Origin: Octopus sinensis
Taxonomy: Eukaryota
Reading direction: 5' to 3'
Assembly: GCF_006345805.1 (NCBI RefSeq)
Contig: NC_043019.1
Span: forward strand, 4,835,360-4,899,359
DNA length: 64,000 nt
The notes under the pieces: model-generated
The model's database searches: none
What the model saw: the letters and a program-made list of their open reading frames with translations, nothing else
What the model was told of the DNA's origin: nothing
Position numbers and translations under genes: made by a program
Part shown: positions 50,173 to 63,392 of the stretch, one piece after another
Layout of the letters: every line of letters starts with the position of its first letter
Numbering within the stretch: position 1 is the stretch's first letter

Positions 50173-51589
50173 TAGAGTATGTTTCAGAATTTGGCTGTTA
50201 TTTCCAGCAGTTCTAGTGGTCAGCCTGAGAATCTTTCAAATTACTGGGTTATTATTTAGCTCCAGGTGGGGGGGATCATAATTGAGTTCTCCTATGATCG
50301 GAGATGTTTCCAGCTGCAACTATAAATTTTTCTTCTTTTTTTTTTTCTTACATGACACCAAAGTTTTAATTTGTGAGAGAATCGACTGCTATGTTTAGTA
50401 GTGTGAACGACCACAAAATGTCCTCGTTGGCCCGGCCTGTCCAGTGTGGACAGTGTGATGGCGTGTACACACACACACACACACACACACAGCCTTGTTG
50501 CTTGCTGCTTGCAAATCTCTTCAAAATGCTTTTTAAGTGGCGAGTTTCTCTGTCCAGTGGTGCGAGAAAAAGAAACGGGGTCAAATTCGGGTTTTTCTTC
50601 TCTCCTTTTTCGCTCCCACGTCGAATTTTTTTTCTCTTTCTTTTTTCGTTTCCTCAACTCCATCTTACTCGTGATGTTGGTAACTATAGTACGATAGCGA
50701 TGTTGATGGTGTTATTGTTGTTGTAGTAGTGTTGCTGGTGGTGGTGGTGGTGTCAGCCGAGACAGGGATACATTCCTCTATAATCAGTTTCTATTTGGCA
50801 GAGGAGAGAGAGAAAGAGACAGACAGACAGAGCTGAAACTGACATGCAGTGTCTGAAATGTTTGACACCAGCTCTATAATAGATGTCAACATTGAATAGC
50901 TACCGGGGTGGTTTAGGGGGCAAATGTAGAGTTGTAGCGGCGGTGGCGATGTAGTGAAGCTATCGGCTTCCACTCCGACTTCCCTACCCCTGTTTCACTC
51001 TCTGTTTCTTTTTTCGTCGTTTTTTTTTTCAAGTATGCTGATAAACTTCCCGAGGGTGGAAGAGTGAGGGAGTGCTCTGTGTGAGTGTGTCAGTGCCAAA
51101 ACTTTTATTGTAGACATTGCTACTTGCCAACCCTTCTCCCTGCGTTTGTGTTTTTTTTTTTCCTTTTTTGTGGAGGGGTTTTTTGCGGGGGTTTTTTTTA
51201 AAAATCTTTTTGTGTACTCACCGCCTCCACCATCAACCTCTCCCCCTTTATGTCATCGTGTCACTACCACTACCACGACTACTAACTACTGCTGTTTACG
51301 TCTGTCTTGCCTTCTCTCCTTCTCTGTCTCTCTCTCTCTCCTTCTCCCTCTCTCTCTCTCTCCTTCTCTCTCTCTCTCTCACTGCCTGCCATACTATAAG
51401 CCCTGCTTGACAGGTCTCGGTAAACAACCACGTTCACATCTGGCATTCGAACCCCTCCCCTCTTTCACCTACACTCTCGTAAATACACACTTAACTGTCG
51501 AGAAAATATTAATGTGGGTTATATAGGTTTACGTAAGCATGCAAACTCATAAGAGATTTTAAAACTACGCGTTTACACATTCTTTCTCC

Positions 51590-52080
51590 TTTTATCTATC
51601 TACCTGTACACACACACACACACACTCTCTTCCTTTCTCTCTCTCTTCCTCTCTCTCTCGTACACACACACACACACACACACTCTCTTCCCCTCTCTCT
51701 CTCTCTCTCTCGTACACGCACACACACTCTCTCTCGTACACACACACACACACTCTCTTCCTCTCTCCTCTCTCTCTCGTACACACACACACACACTCTC
51801 TTCCTCTCTCTCTCTCTCTCGTACACACACGCACACTCTCTTCCTCTCCCTCTCTCGTACACGCACACACACTCTCTCTCTCTTTCTCTCTCTCTCGTAC
51901 ACACACACACACTCTCTTCCTCTCTCTGTCTCTCTTCCTCTCCCTCTCTCGTACATGCACACATACTCTCTCTCTTTCTCTCTTCTCGTACACTCACACA
52001 CTCTTCCTCTCTCTCTCTCTCTCGTACACACACACACACACTCTCTTCCTCTCTCTCTCATACACACACACACACTCACA
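51590..52080. repeat. Higher-order (CT)n-CGTA-(CA)n compound minisatellite
   Basis: Repeated ctctctcgtacacacacacactctcttc. Confidence 0.92.
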
Positions 52081-52139
52081 CAATCTCCCCTTAAACACAA
52101 TAGTATTGTTTCTCCTAAATTCTTAATAATTTACTCTCT

Positions 52140-52550
52140 TTTATATCATTTACTCGTTTCAATCATTAGACTGCGGCCATGCTGGGGCACCGCCTTGAAG
52201 AATTTTTAGTCGAATGAATCGACCCCGTTCCTTTTTTTTTAAGCCTGATTCTTATTCTATCGATTTGCCCAACTGCTAAGTTACCGATACGTAAACACCA
52301 ACAAGTTGTGGTGAGGGACAAACACACACACACACACGGCAGGCTTCTCTCAGTTTCCGTCTACCAGATCCGCTCACAAGGCTTTGGTTGGCCCGAGGTT
52401 ATAGTAGAAGACACTTGCCTAAGGTGCCATGCACAGGGACTGAACCCGGACTGTGTGTTTGTGAAGCAATCTTCTGACCACACAGCCATGCCTACGCCTA
52501 GGGCTGACCAAAGCCTTGTGTGTGTATATGTATGTGTGTATGTATATATA

Positions 52551-52594
<44 letters not shown>

Positions 52595-52800
52595 TGTTTG
52601 TCTGTGTTTGTCCCCCTAGCATTGCTTGACAACTGATGCTGGTGTATTTATGTCCTTGTTACTTAGCGGTTCGGTAAAAGAGACCGATAGAATAAGTACT
52701 GGGCTTACAAATGAATAAGTCCCGGGGTCGAGTTGCTCGATTAAAGGCGGTGCTCCAGCATGGCCGCAGTCAAATGGCTGAAACGAGTAAAAGAGTAAAG
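52140..52800. mobile_element. Minus SINE-A (52140-52500) followed by a plus SINE-A 3' part (52590-52800)
   Basis: Same consensus. Confidence 0.8.
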
Positions 52801-53116
52801 AGATATATGTGTGTGTGTGTCTGTTTTTGTTCCCTGCCACTGCTTGACAACCGGTGTTGATAAGTTTACATCCTATAACTTAGCGATTCTACAAAATCTA
52901 TCGATAGAAATATAAGTGCTGGGGTGGATGCGTTCAACTAAAATTTCAAGGCAGTGCCCCAGCATGGCCACAGTCTAATGACTGGCACAAAAGATAAAAG
53001 ATAATCAAAAGTTGTGAATTTACTTTGATTGTGACCAAGCAATTATTTAAATTATGTTGCAAGGTAAATTAATTTAGTATCACCTGATAGTTTGACTGAT
53101 CTACCAGTATTACTAT

Positions 53117-53500
53117 TGGAAGCACTCCGTCGGTTACGATGACAAGGGTTCTGGTTGTTCCGAATCAACGGAACAGCCTGCTCGTGAAATTAATGTGTAA
53201 GTGGCTGAGCACCCCACAGACACGTGTACCCTTAACGTAGTTCTCGGGGATATTCAGCGTGACACAGAGTGTGACAAGGCCGGCCCTTTGAAATACAGGT
53301 ACAACAGAAACAGGAAGTAAGAGTGAGAGAAAGTTGTGGTGAAAGAGTACAGCAGGGATCACCACCATCCCCTGCCGGAGCCTCGTGGAGCTTTAGGTGT
53401 TTTCGCTCAACAAACACTCACAACGCCCGGTCTGGGAATCGAAACTGCAATCCTACGACCGCGAGTCCGCTGCCCTAACCACTGGGCCATTGCGCCTCCA
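53117..53500 (-). mobile_element. SINE-C, full length, 13-bp TSD
   Basis: ccagtattactat at 53104-16 and 53501-13. Confidence 0.9.
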
Positions 53501-53649
53501 CCAGTATTACTATACAAATATGCAGGCATGGCTGTGTGTGGTAAGAGGTTTGCTTTCCAACCACATGATTGCTGGTTCAGTCCCACTGCATGGCACCTTG
53601 GGGAAATGTCTTCTACTATTGCAGGAGTTCTCAACCATTTTATTATCTC

Positions 53650-53998
53650 TCTTTTACTTGTTTCAGTCATTTGCACCACCTTTCGTTGAGCAAATCGACC
53701 CCAGGACTTATTCTTTGTAAGCCTAGTACTTATTCTATCAGTCACTTTTGCTGAACTGCTGAGTTACTGGGACATAAACACACCAGCATCGGTTGTCAAG
53801 CGATGTTGGGGGGACAAACGCAGACATATATATAATTATATATATGGCTGTGTGGTAAGTAGCTTGCTTACCAACCACATGGTTCCGGGTTCAGTCCCAC
53901 TGTGTGGCACCTTGGGTAAGTGTCTTCTACTATAGCCTCGGGCCGACCAATATTTGTGAGTGGATTTGGTAGACGGAAACTGAAAGAAGCCTGTCGTA

Positions 53999-54044
<46 letters not shown>

Positions 54045-54375
54045 GTGTGTGTGTGTGTCTGTGTTTGTCCCCCCAACATCGCTTGATAACTGATGCTGTA
54101 TTTACATTCCCGTAACTTAACGGTTCAGCAAAAGAGACCAAAAGAATAAGTTATGGGGGTTGACGTGCTCCGGCATGGCCACAGTCAAATGACTGAAACA
54201 AGTAAAAGAGTATATATACGACGGGCTTCTTTCAGTTTCCATCTACCAAATCCACTCAGAAGGCTTTGGTCAGCTCGAAGCTATAGTAGAAGAGACTTGC
54301 CCCCAAGGTGCCACACTGGGACTGAACCTGGAACCATGTGGTTGGTAAGCAAGCTACGTACCACACAGCCACTCT
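53650..54375. mobile_element. Plus SINE-A (53845-54210) nested in the internal TA tract of a minus SINE-A
   Basis: Minus tail 53650-53830 and minus head 54215-54375 lie either side of the plus copy. Confidence 0.8.
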
Positions 54376-54929
54376 GGACCCTTTTGATTAGTATTTTATT
54401 CTAGTGGACCCCCATAGCTAATCTGTGTTTAAAGACAAGTTTTATTGAAACTCCTTTCAAAATACCCTTGTGTAGGTTGATCTATGAAAGGGACCCTTTC
54501 AAAATACCCTTGTGCAGGTTGATCTATGTAAAACATAGAAAGGGACCTAGCTGTTTCTTGCAATACATCTTAAGCAAAGTTTTTTCAGGGGCCCTTAAAA
54601 TTCTATTGTGTAGACCCCTAAAAATCTTATGTGGACCCTCAGAGGCCATATGGACCCAAGCTGAGAACCACTATTACTATATAGTCTCAGCTTGACCAGA
54701 GCCTTATCAGTGGTTTGTTAGGCAGAAACTGAAAGAAGCCCATCATTTTATGTGCGTGTGTCCCTCATCACTGTTTGACAACCAGTGTTGGTGTGTTTGC
54801 ATCCCTGTACCATAGCAGTTCAGCAAAAGAGACCAATAGAATAAGTACTGAGGCTAATTCTTCGAGGTGGTGCCCCAGCAAAGCTGCAATGTAATGACTG
54901 AAACAAGTGAAAGCTAAAAGATTCATGTG

Positions 54930-55175
54930 TGTGTGTGGGTGTATAGGTTCCCCACCTGGACGGGATGCCAGTCCATCGCAGGTGAGCTGCAAGATGCAGG
55001 AGGAAAGAGTGAGAGAAAGTTGTGGCGAAAGAGTCAGCAGAAGTTTGCCATTGCCTTCTGCTGGAGCCACGTGGAGCTTAGGTGTTTCGCTCATAAGCAC
55101 GCACACATCACCCGGTCTGAGATTCGAACCCACGATCCCTCGACTGCGAGTCCGCTGCTCTAACCACTAGACCGT
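54930..55175 (-). mobile_element. V-domain-like SINE
   Basis: Reverse complement of the 26596 family. Confidence 0.8.
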
Positions 55176-55279
55176 GTGTGGGTGTGTGTCACAGTCTTGC
55201 TACATCTACACCCAACACCAAATTTCTATCATATTTACCTCCCACCCAACACCCACTCTGCTATATCTACTTTCTGCGA

Positions 55280-55685
55280 TCTGGCAGAAACGTTGGCACG
55301 CCGGGCGAAATGCTTAGCGATATTTCGTCTGCCGTTACGTTCTGAGTTCAATTTCCGCCAGGGTCGAAAGTACCTATTTCTTTACTACCCACAAGGAGCT
55401 AAACACAGAGGGGACAAACAAGGACAGACATAGGTATTAAGTCGATTACATCGACTCCAGTGCGTAACTGGTACTTAATTTATCAACCCCGAAAGGATGA
55501 AAGGTAAAGTCGACCTCGGCGGAATTTGAACTCACAACGTAATGACAGACGAAATACGGCTACGCATTTCGCCCAGGGTCGAAAGTACCAGTTACGCATT
55601 GGGGTCGATATAATCGATTTAATCCCTTTGTCTGTCCTTGTTTGTCCCCCCTATGTTTAGCTCCTTGTGGTCAGTAAAGAAATAA
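55280..55685. mobile_element. Minus SINE-B inserted in a plus SINE-B
   Basis: TSD ccagggtcgaaagtacc at 55358-74 and 55573-89. Confidence 0.85.
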
Positions 55686-55887
55686 ATATATATCTACTTT
55701 CCACCTTACATCCATACACACATCCTACACATTGTCTCTGTTACCTGTCAGCTTGTAGATGGAGAAGGAATTCCATCTGCATCTCTAACCATTTCCCAGC
55801 CTCAGCTGTAAATGAAATCTTCCATCCTTTCAGTACAGCCACATTTTCTATTTCAGATGTTTAGTAAAACAAATCTTACACAAGTGA

Positions 55888-56880
55888 AGCAGGAGTGGCT
55901 GTGTGGTAAGTAGCTTGCTAACCAACCACATAGTTCCGGGTTCAGTCCCACTGCGTGGCATCTTGGGCAAGTGTCTTCTGCTATAGCCCCGGGCTGACCA
56001 ATGCCTTGTGAGTGGATTTGGTAGACGGAAACTGAAAGAAGCCCGTCGTATATATGTATATGTATATATATATGTATGTGTGTGTTTGTCCCCCTAGCAT
56101 TGCTTGACAACTGATGCTGGTGTGTTGACGTCCCCATCACTTAGCGGTTCGGCAAAAGAGAACGATAGAATAAGTACTGGGTTTACAAAGAATAAGTCCC
56201 GGGGTCGATTTGCTCTCGACTAAAAGGCGGTGCTCCAGCATGGCCGCAGTCAAATGACTGAAACAAGTAAAAGAGTAAAAGAGAGAGTATGTTGAAACCT
56301 AATACCAAAGTAAGATGCTGTGAACACACGAAAAAAATCTTTTTTTTTCAGAGATAGGTTGGGTGACATTTGAGGAAAGTTTGACTGCTATTTCTAGCCA
56401 CTTTGAATAACAGCATAGTTTCAGGACATTGTACTTTTTTATGTGTGCAGCTGCATAACTCTCACGCATGCAAAATGCAATTACTCTTTTACTTGTTTCA
56501 GTCATTTGACTGCGGCCATGCTGGAGCACCGCCTTTAATCAAGCAAATCGACCCGGGACTTATTCTTTTGGAAGCCCAGTACTTATTCTACGGTCTCTTT
56601 TGCCGAACCGCTAAGTAACGGGGACATAAACACACCAGCACGGTTGTCAAGCAATGCTAGGGGGACAAACGCAGACACACAAATACACAACGCATATATA
56701 TATATATATACATATATACGACGGGCTTCTTTCAGTTTCCATCTACCAAATCCACTCACAAGGCTTTGGTCGGCCCGAGGCTATAGTAGAAGATACTTGC
56801 CCAAGGTGCCACGCAGTGGGACTGAACCCGGAACCATGTGGTTGGTTAGCAAGCTAATTACCACGCAGCCACTCCTGCGC
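55888..56880. mobile_element. Tail-to-tail SINE-A pair (+55888-56284, -56484-56880); partial - copy at 57375-57570
   Basis: Same consensus. Confidence 0.9.
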
Positions 56881-57571
56881 CGATTGTATGTAATGTACAT
56901 ACACACCTAACACAGGTGCAATTATGTTAATAGTCTTCACACCTGCAAAACTGCAGTTGCACATAATAACAATCAACACCTGCTTTTACGATTATTATGC
57001 TCTAGAAAGTGGTTGCCCGGGGGGGGGGGGTCTGTTTTTGTTTTTTTTAAACTGTTACCCATGCATTTGCAGACTCTGCTCTGCAAGGCTGCTGGGATGG
57101 CACCGCAGTTTGCATTCTTGAACATTTGTTGCAAGGCAGATGGGGGAGCGGATGCCTGTGTAGGTGGTTGAGAGGAAAGATGAGCGAGTGAGAGGTGCCT
57201 GGTTGTATACGTGGCACGAGGCCAGCTGTAGCAGTCGGTAGTTGAGAAAGGAGACAAGGAAGGAGTCAAGTTATGTTGGTAAACAATACTAATTAGTCAA
57301 GTAGTCTTTTATTTGGATAGGGTCCAACATTCCCGCTAATTCTTTTGTTGTGTGTGCAGAGATTTGCTTATGCTTGCTCTTTTACTTGTTTCAGTCATTT
57401 GACTGCAGCCATGCTGGAGCACCGCCTTGAAGGGTTTTAGTCGAATAAATCGACCCCAGGATTTAATTTTTTAACCCTAGTATTTATTCTATCAATCCCT
57501 TTTACTGAACTGCTAAGTTACGGAGACATAAACACATCAACACCAGTTGTCAAGCAGTGATGGGGGAACAA

Positions 57572-57625
<54 letters not shown>

Positions 57626-57671
57626 TTTCCTCTGTCTTCCCAACATCTGATGCCCCTTATACACAGTTTTC

Positions 57672-58086
57672 GGATCTTTTCAGTTTGACCGGCAGTTTTT
57701 TAAAATAATTTCCACGTAACTAAACACTTTTAAACTTCGTATACTGGTAGAATGTGTTTATAAAACATCTTTTTCTCTTGGCTTTATTGAGAAAATACTA
57801 TAGTTTGTAAGATATTTGTTGTTGTTTTTTCTTCAATTTCTGAAATTTCAACCAATCACTGACGTCTATTGAGGTAAAAAAAAACATTCTGTGCCATATG
57901 AAAATGTCCCTCGTTTAAGAAACAGATTGGGTTTATTTACATTTGCAAAGAAAAAAAGATACCCTTCCCCCACCCCTAACCGTAAAACAGATTGAAATGC
58001 AATAGATCGATACTAGGGTCATAATTATGGGTGACAATTTCATATGACACCGCTAGAAAAAACTGCCGTTCAAACCAAAGAGATCT
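57672..58086 (-). mobile_element. MITE, same family, TSD CAGTTTTC
   Basis: cagttttc at 57664-71 and 58087-94. Confidence 0.9.
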
Positions 58087-59069
58087 CAGTTTTCTTAAAT
58101 CATTTGTGCTGTCATGCATGCACACTAACAGTGCCCATCCAGTAGAGTGAGTCCAAAAATTACAGTCACTTAATCAAAATCTCAAGGTTACAAGAGAATG
58201 CAGGATAAATTTAAAAACAATATGAATAAATAAGTGTTACATCATCATCATCATTTAACGTCCGTTTTCCATGCTAGCATGGGTTGGACGGTTCGACCGG
58301 GGTCTGGGAAGCCAGGAGGCTGCACCAGGCTCCAGTCTGATCTGGCAGGATTTCTACAGCTGGATGCCCTTCCTCATGCCAACCACTCCACTGTAGTAGG
58401 TGCTTTTTACGTGCCACCGGCACAAGGGCCATAGGAGGCTAGCAAACAGCCACGATCGGTTGGTGTCCTTTACGTATCACCGACGTGGACGTCTGTGAGA
58501 CGGTGCTGGCCTCAGTCACACTCGGATGGTGCCCTCTACATGCCTCTGGCACGGGTATCTTAACTGCAATTTCTGTTTGATTTTTATTTTGATGTTGGTG
58601 TTGATGTACTTGACTCAATAGGTCTCCTCAAGAACAGCGGGTCACTCTACAATCCAAGGTTAGCACAGCAGGCCGTCCTGCGAGCCATGAACTCACTTCA
58701 TTTGTCGGGTCTTCACAGTCACAGCATATCTCAGATGTCTCAGTCTTCGTAATTTCCTCTGTGAGGCCTAACATGCCACTGGGCACGGTTAGAATAATCT
58801 GAATGCTTAAAGGGGTTTTAAAAACAAATGTTTATTTTTAGGTGTTTACAGCTTTTTATCTGTCAGAAAAGATCATCCTTCTTTTAGAATGAGACACTCA
58901 AATATGTTTGCTAAAATTGGGATTTATCCTTAGAGAGATTGAAGGGTTTGGTAAATTTAGGGGCTAGTTCTATTTTCATAATTTGAGTGTAATGGAAAGG
59001 GATTACCAGGACTGGTGACCTTGGTTAAAAGTGATTAAAGGTATATCAATATACCTGGAAGAAACATTG

Positions 59070-59460
59070 GTACGCCGGGCAAAATGCTTAGCAGTATTTC
59101 ATCTGCCGTTACGTTCTGAGTCCAAATTCTGCCGAGGTTGACTTTGCCTTTCATCCTTTCGAGGTCGATTAAATAAGTACCAGTTATGCACTGGGCCGAT
59201 ATAATCGACTTGATCTGTTTGTCTGTCCTGGTTTGTCCCCTCTGTGTTTAACCCCTTGTGGGTAGTAAAGAAATAGGTATTTCGTCTGTCTTTACGTTCT
59301 GAGTTCAAATTCCGCTGAGGTCAACTTTGCTTTTCATCCTTTTGGGGTCAATAAATTAAATACCAGTTGCGTACTGGGATCGATATAATCAACTTAATCC
59401 GTTTGTCTGTCCTTGTTTGTCCTCTGTGTTTAGCCCCTTGTGGGTAGTAAAGAAATAGGT
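59070..59460 (+). mobile_element. SINE-B dimer
   Basis: Consensus match. Confidence 0.85.
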
Positions 59461-60070
59461 ATATCAATATTGGCCTCAAATTTTGACACAAGGTTCTACA
59501 GCTGGATGACCTTCCTAACTCCGTGAGTGTAGTGGGTGCCTTTTATGTGCCAGGCGAATCTGGCAACGGCCACAATCAGTTGGTGTCTTTTTACGTGCCA
59601 CCAGCACAGAGGCCAGTCGGAGCGGCGCTAATGCAGTAGTGAAATCAAATCTTTCCGTGGGTTTACCTTAAGGGGTATTTGAAAACAAGCTAAAGAGAGA
59701 GTCACGATGTTATTGCTCATTGTACTAGAAACAACAGCAAATCACCCCTTGAATTACCCTCACATCTTTAGAAAGATTAAAAGAATGACATGTTGGATAT
59801 TGTAGACGGGGATATACAATACTGGAAAAACTACTGAGATGGTCATGGCTAGAAGGCCTTTGCTTGATCAGTACTGGTTTGATTCTACCCCTAATCTTTC
59901 AGCCATGAAAGGAGTATGTCAAAGGGAGAAGAATTGGGCCCCTTAATTCAGAAGTACAACAGGATAGCTTCAGCAAGTTTAGCAAGTAGCCCCTTTTCTG
60001 TAGAAGTGAGAGTAAGGCCCATCTTGTGTCTTTACTTTACAAATGTCTTAATTGTTGAAGCTGTAATAAA

Positions 60071-60300
60071 TATTGGGTTGTCCGGAAAGTTCGTGCCGAT
60101 TTATAGTAGCTTACCTTTTCGACTTACCCTCTCAGACACCTCAATTTTGGGAAGAGGGTATTTTCAAGTTAAAGGAAAGATGGAGATGCATTGTGCAACA
60201 AAATGGTTCATATTTGGTTGATTAAAAAAGTAATGGCAAGTATTTATCGACCTTTTTCTTTCCTTTAAAAATCGGCAAGAACTTTCCGGACAACCCAATA
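60071..60300. mobile_element. Mariner-type MITE, 32-bp TIR TATTGGGTTGTCCGGAAAGTTC(G/T)TGCCGATTT, TA ends
   Basis: 31/32 inverted match between the ends. Confidence 0.85.
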
Positions 60301-60434
60301 TAATGACTTGTTTGGAATAAAGAAATTGTTTTAATCCTTTAGCATTTAAACCGGCCATATCCAGCCAAAATATTTTACAAGTTTTATGTTCAAATTGGTC
60401 AGATCTGGTCTCTCACACCAACTCTACAATATCA

Positions 60435-60847
60435 GGATCTTTTCGGTTTGAACGGCAGTTTTTTCTAGCGGTGTCATATGAAATTGTCACCCATAATTAT
60501 GACCCTAGAATCGATCTATTGCATTTCAATATCTTTTAGGGTTAGGGGTGGGGGTAGGGTATCTTTTTTTCTTCACAAATGTAAATAAACCCAATCTGTT
60601 TCTTAAACGAGGGACATATTCATACGGCACAGAATGTTTTTTTTACCTCAATAGACGTCACTGACTGGTTGAAATTACAGAAATTGAAGAAAAAAAAACA
60701 ACAAATATCTTACAAACTATAGAATTTTCTCAATAAAACCAAGAGAAAAAGATGTTTTATAAACACATTCTACCTGTATACGAAGTTTCAAATTTTTTAG
60801 TTACCTAGAAATTATGTTAAAAACTGCTGTTCAAACCGAAAAGATCC
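60435..60847 (+). mobile_element. MITE, same family, TSD CAATATCA
   Basis: caatatca at 60427-34 and 60848-55. Confidence 0.9.
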
Positions 60848-60974
60848 CAATATCATTCTAAAAATTAGTGGTTACCTCCTCAAAATCTCAAAGCTACAAG
60901 ATGATGCATGATTAAGTCAAAACTATGTGAATAAAGAAGCTTTACTTTTGACAGAATAATATGAATGATAAAGG

Positions 60975-61475
60975 GTTTTTCATGCTAAGAGTTGCTGAAG
61001 CATGGAACAAACTGCCAGCATCAGTTGTTTGTTGTCGGAGCACTGCATCCTTCAAAACTTCCATGCTTCCTGAGATTCGCCAACACTACACCTGATTATC
61101 TCCCCTCCATACGCAAGCTTGTATCTGACTCATACACTGTTCGCTTCCCAGACATTTGTACATTACTGCATATACTTTATATGCACTATTTGACAAGTTG
61201 TGGTGCACCTGAGCACTGTATACAATAATTTCATTATTATTATTATTCCTGAGATTCGCCAACACTACACCTGATTTTCTCCCCTCCATACGCGAGCATG
61301 TATCTGACTCATACACTGTTCGCTTTCCCGACATTTGTACATTACTTCATATGCTTTATACACACTTTTGACAAGTTGTGGTGCACCTGCGCACTTAAAT
61401 CCTTAAAAATGTTTTAGCCCGAAGGCCACGGCCATGCTGGGGCACCACCACTGTATACAATAAGTTCATTATATA
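60975..61475 (+). mobile_element. CR1/L2-type LINE 3' end with a tandemly duplicated 3' tail
   Basis: FFMLRVAEAWNKLPASVVCCRSTASFKTSMLPEIRQHYT*; tail repeated at ~61068-61246 and ~61247-61395. Confidence 0.75.
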
Positions 61476-61536
61476 TATATATATATAAAACAAATTTGAA
61501 GAAAATTTCCTAAAACTTTTTACTTTTTACTTTCAG

Positions 61537-62596
61537 GAAAGAATCTTTTGAATTACAAAACATAATGGTGTCCCTGGGCCGGCTGAAAGACAATTCCAAT
61601 GTATATAAAGTCCTGCAAGAGGAACTAATGGAATCTACAGTTGAAAGAGTATTTCCATGGTTACCAAAAAACAACACTTTGCCAAACTATTTCTTTCACC
61701 AGCAAACCAGAAAGTCTCCGGTCAGTTACCAACACAGCAATATTGTCTTCATGACTAATACTCACGATAGTAGCAGTTCATTCTCGGATTGTCTTCACGA
61801 CATAGCCACTGACCACTCGTTGCCCATGTCTCCGTTCATGTCCATTCGCAACCGGAGGGCATGGGAAGAGGCTGAAGGCAGCGAGCGTATGCTCCATGAC
61901 CGGATTAAGATCCACCATGGAAATTATGCTTTTGGCATGTGCGAGAATCTCACCAGTTCATGCTCGTATTTTTTAATGCTCCAAGATCCAATAGAGCGAG
62001 CCATCTCGACCTACCATTACTGTAAGGATGCCATCAGCGATGAACTCTGCAGTGTAGTGAATGCCAACAAAGTTTCCGTCCACGATTGGGCAGTCCACCA
62101 GGGAAGCTTGTTCTTCCGCCAGTTATTGTTCAAACCTGACTTTTGCGACATAGAAGTGAACAGTTCTCTCACAGCAGTCCAAAATAGTAACAAGCTCCCC
62201 TGTTGGTACAAACAAAAGCTTTATTTTGATTCCTTATCGAATGCTGAGATTACAGAAGCTCTCAACTACGTTGGAAAGCATCTTGACCAGTGGTTTTCAG
62301 TTGTGGGTCACGTCGATGATTACTCTGCCTCCGTCAAAATGTTTGAACATGTTTACCGGTTACCATTTTCTAAATGCCACGATTCCTCTCTGACCTTCCA
62401 AGAAGAACTTAGCAATAACAACAGGGCCTACACGGTAGATCAAAGCAAAGAAACTTTAGACAAGCAAGAAGTGTTCCTTCTCAAACAGAGCGCCACTGTT
62501 CAAAAAGCTTTGCACGCCGACTACAGAATCTATAATGAAGCCAAAAAGTTATACCAAATTCAAAGACAGGTTTTATTTAATCAAATAGGACATTAA
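61537..62596 (+). CDS. Terminal coding exon of a Golgi-type sulfotransferase-like protein (Gal3ST/HS6ST/HS2ST-like fold); spliced product 396 aa
   Basis: Acceptor tactttttactttcag ends 61536; AG+G gives R, then KESFELQNI runs in frame into the 343-aa ORF at 61565; family-like blocks YFLMLQDPIERAISTYHY, FSVVGHVDDYSASVKMFEH and DYRIYNEAKKLY; N-glycosylation sequons NNT, NLT, NSS. Confidence 0.85.
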
Positions 62597-63392
62597 TGAG
62601 GTGTTTGATAATGATCTGATCGTTAATGAAACCTAGCAACAATTTGTATATAGACTGTATTTGTGTATATAAAAATCAACAACTGTACATCTGTATAAAG
62701 TATTTAAAAAGATTTTACATTCAAAAATATTTGTTTAGAATTTTTTTAATATTTTGCATTTTCTGTTTTTAATTAAATTCCCTTAAATTCTGTTTTTTTA
62801 TTACCCCCCCCCCTTTTTTTTTATCCCTGTTCCTTTAAATTCTTGAAAAGCCAATTTGTCTCTTTAAAAATCCTCGGGATCACTCTAATTTTAGGGTCTT
62901 GTCTGTGACAGGGCAAGTTTTCTCAAAGCTAAAGTAATTTCGTGAAATGGGGCAGGAGCAATTTGGGGATGATGCCAAGGTTCAAACTGGGTTCAAAATT
63001 GGGTTTGTGTACTGTGTATAGGGCAACAATTGGTCAAGTCATCAGAGCATCGGATAGAATAATTTGTGGTACTTATTCAACGGTTTGAAACCAACTTTGT
63101 TAATCACCACCACCACCACCATCCATACCAAAAAACAAAAACAAAAGCACAAGTAAAAAAAGCAGTACAGAGCAGTGTGTATTAACAAGTTTGTTAGTGC
63201 ATTGGATCAGATGCCTTGTAGGATCTGTTCTGGCTCTGTGCATTCTGGATCCCAAACTCACCTCTCTACACTAGAAAAGGTGAGACTTCTATCAGGCATT
63301 GACACCCTGTTAGAACAGCAATGTGCAACCGGCAGCCCACGAAACTATTTTGTAATGACTTTCTTTTTTTAATAAATAACTGAAAATTAACA

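Noticed and set aside
50292-50726. ORFs of 72-123 aa in the CpG-rich segment
   Set aside because: They cross a (CA)n tract and low-complexity runs and have no domain features; more consistent with UTR or regulatory DNA
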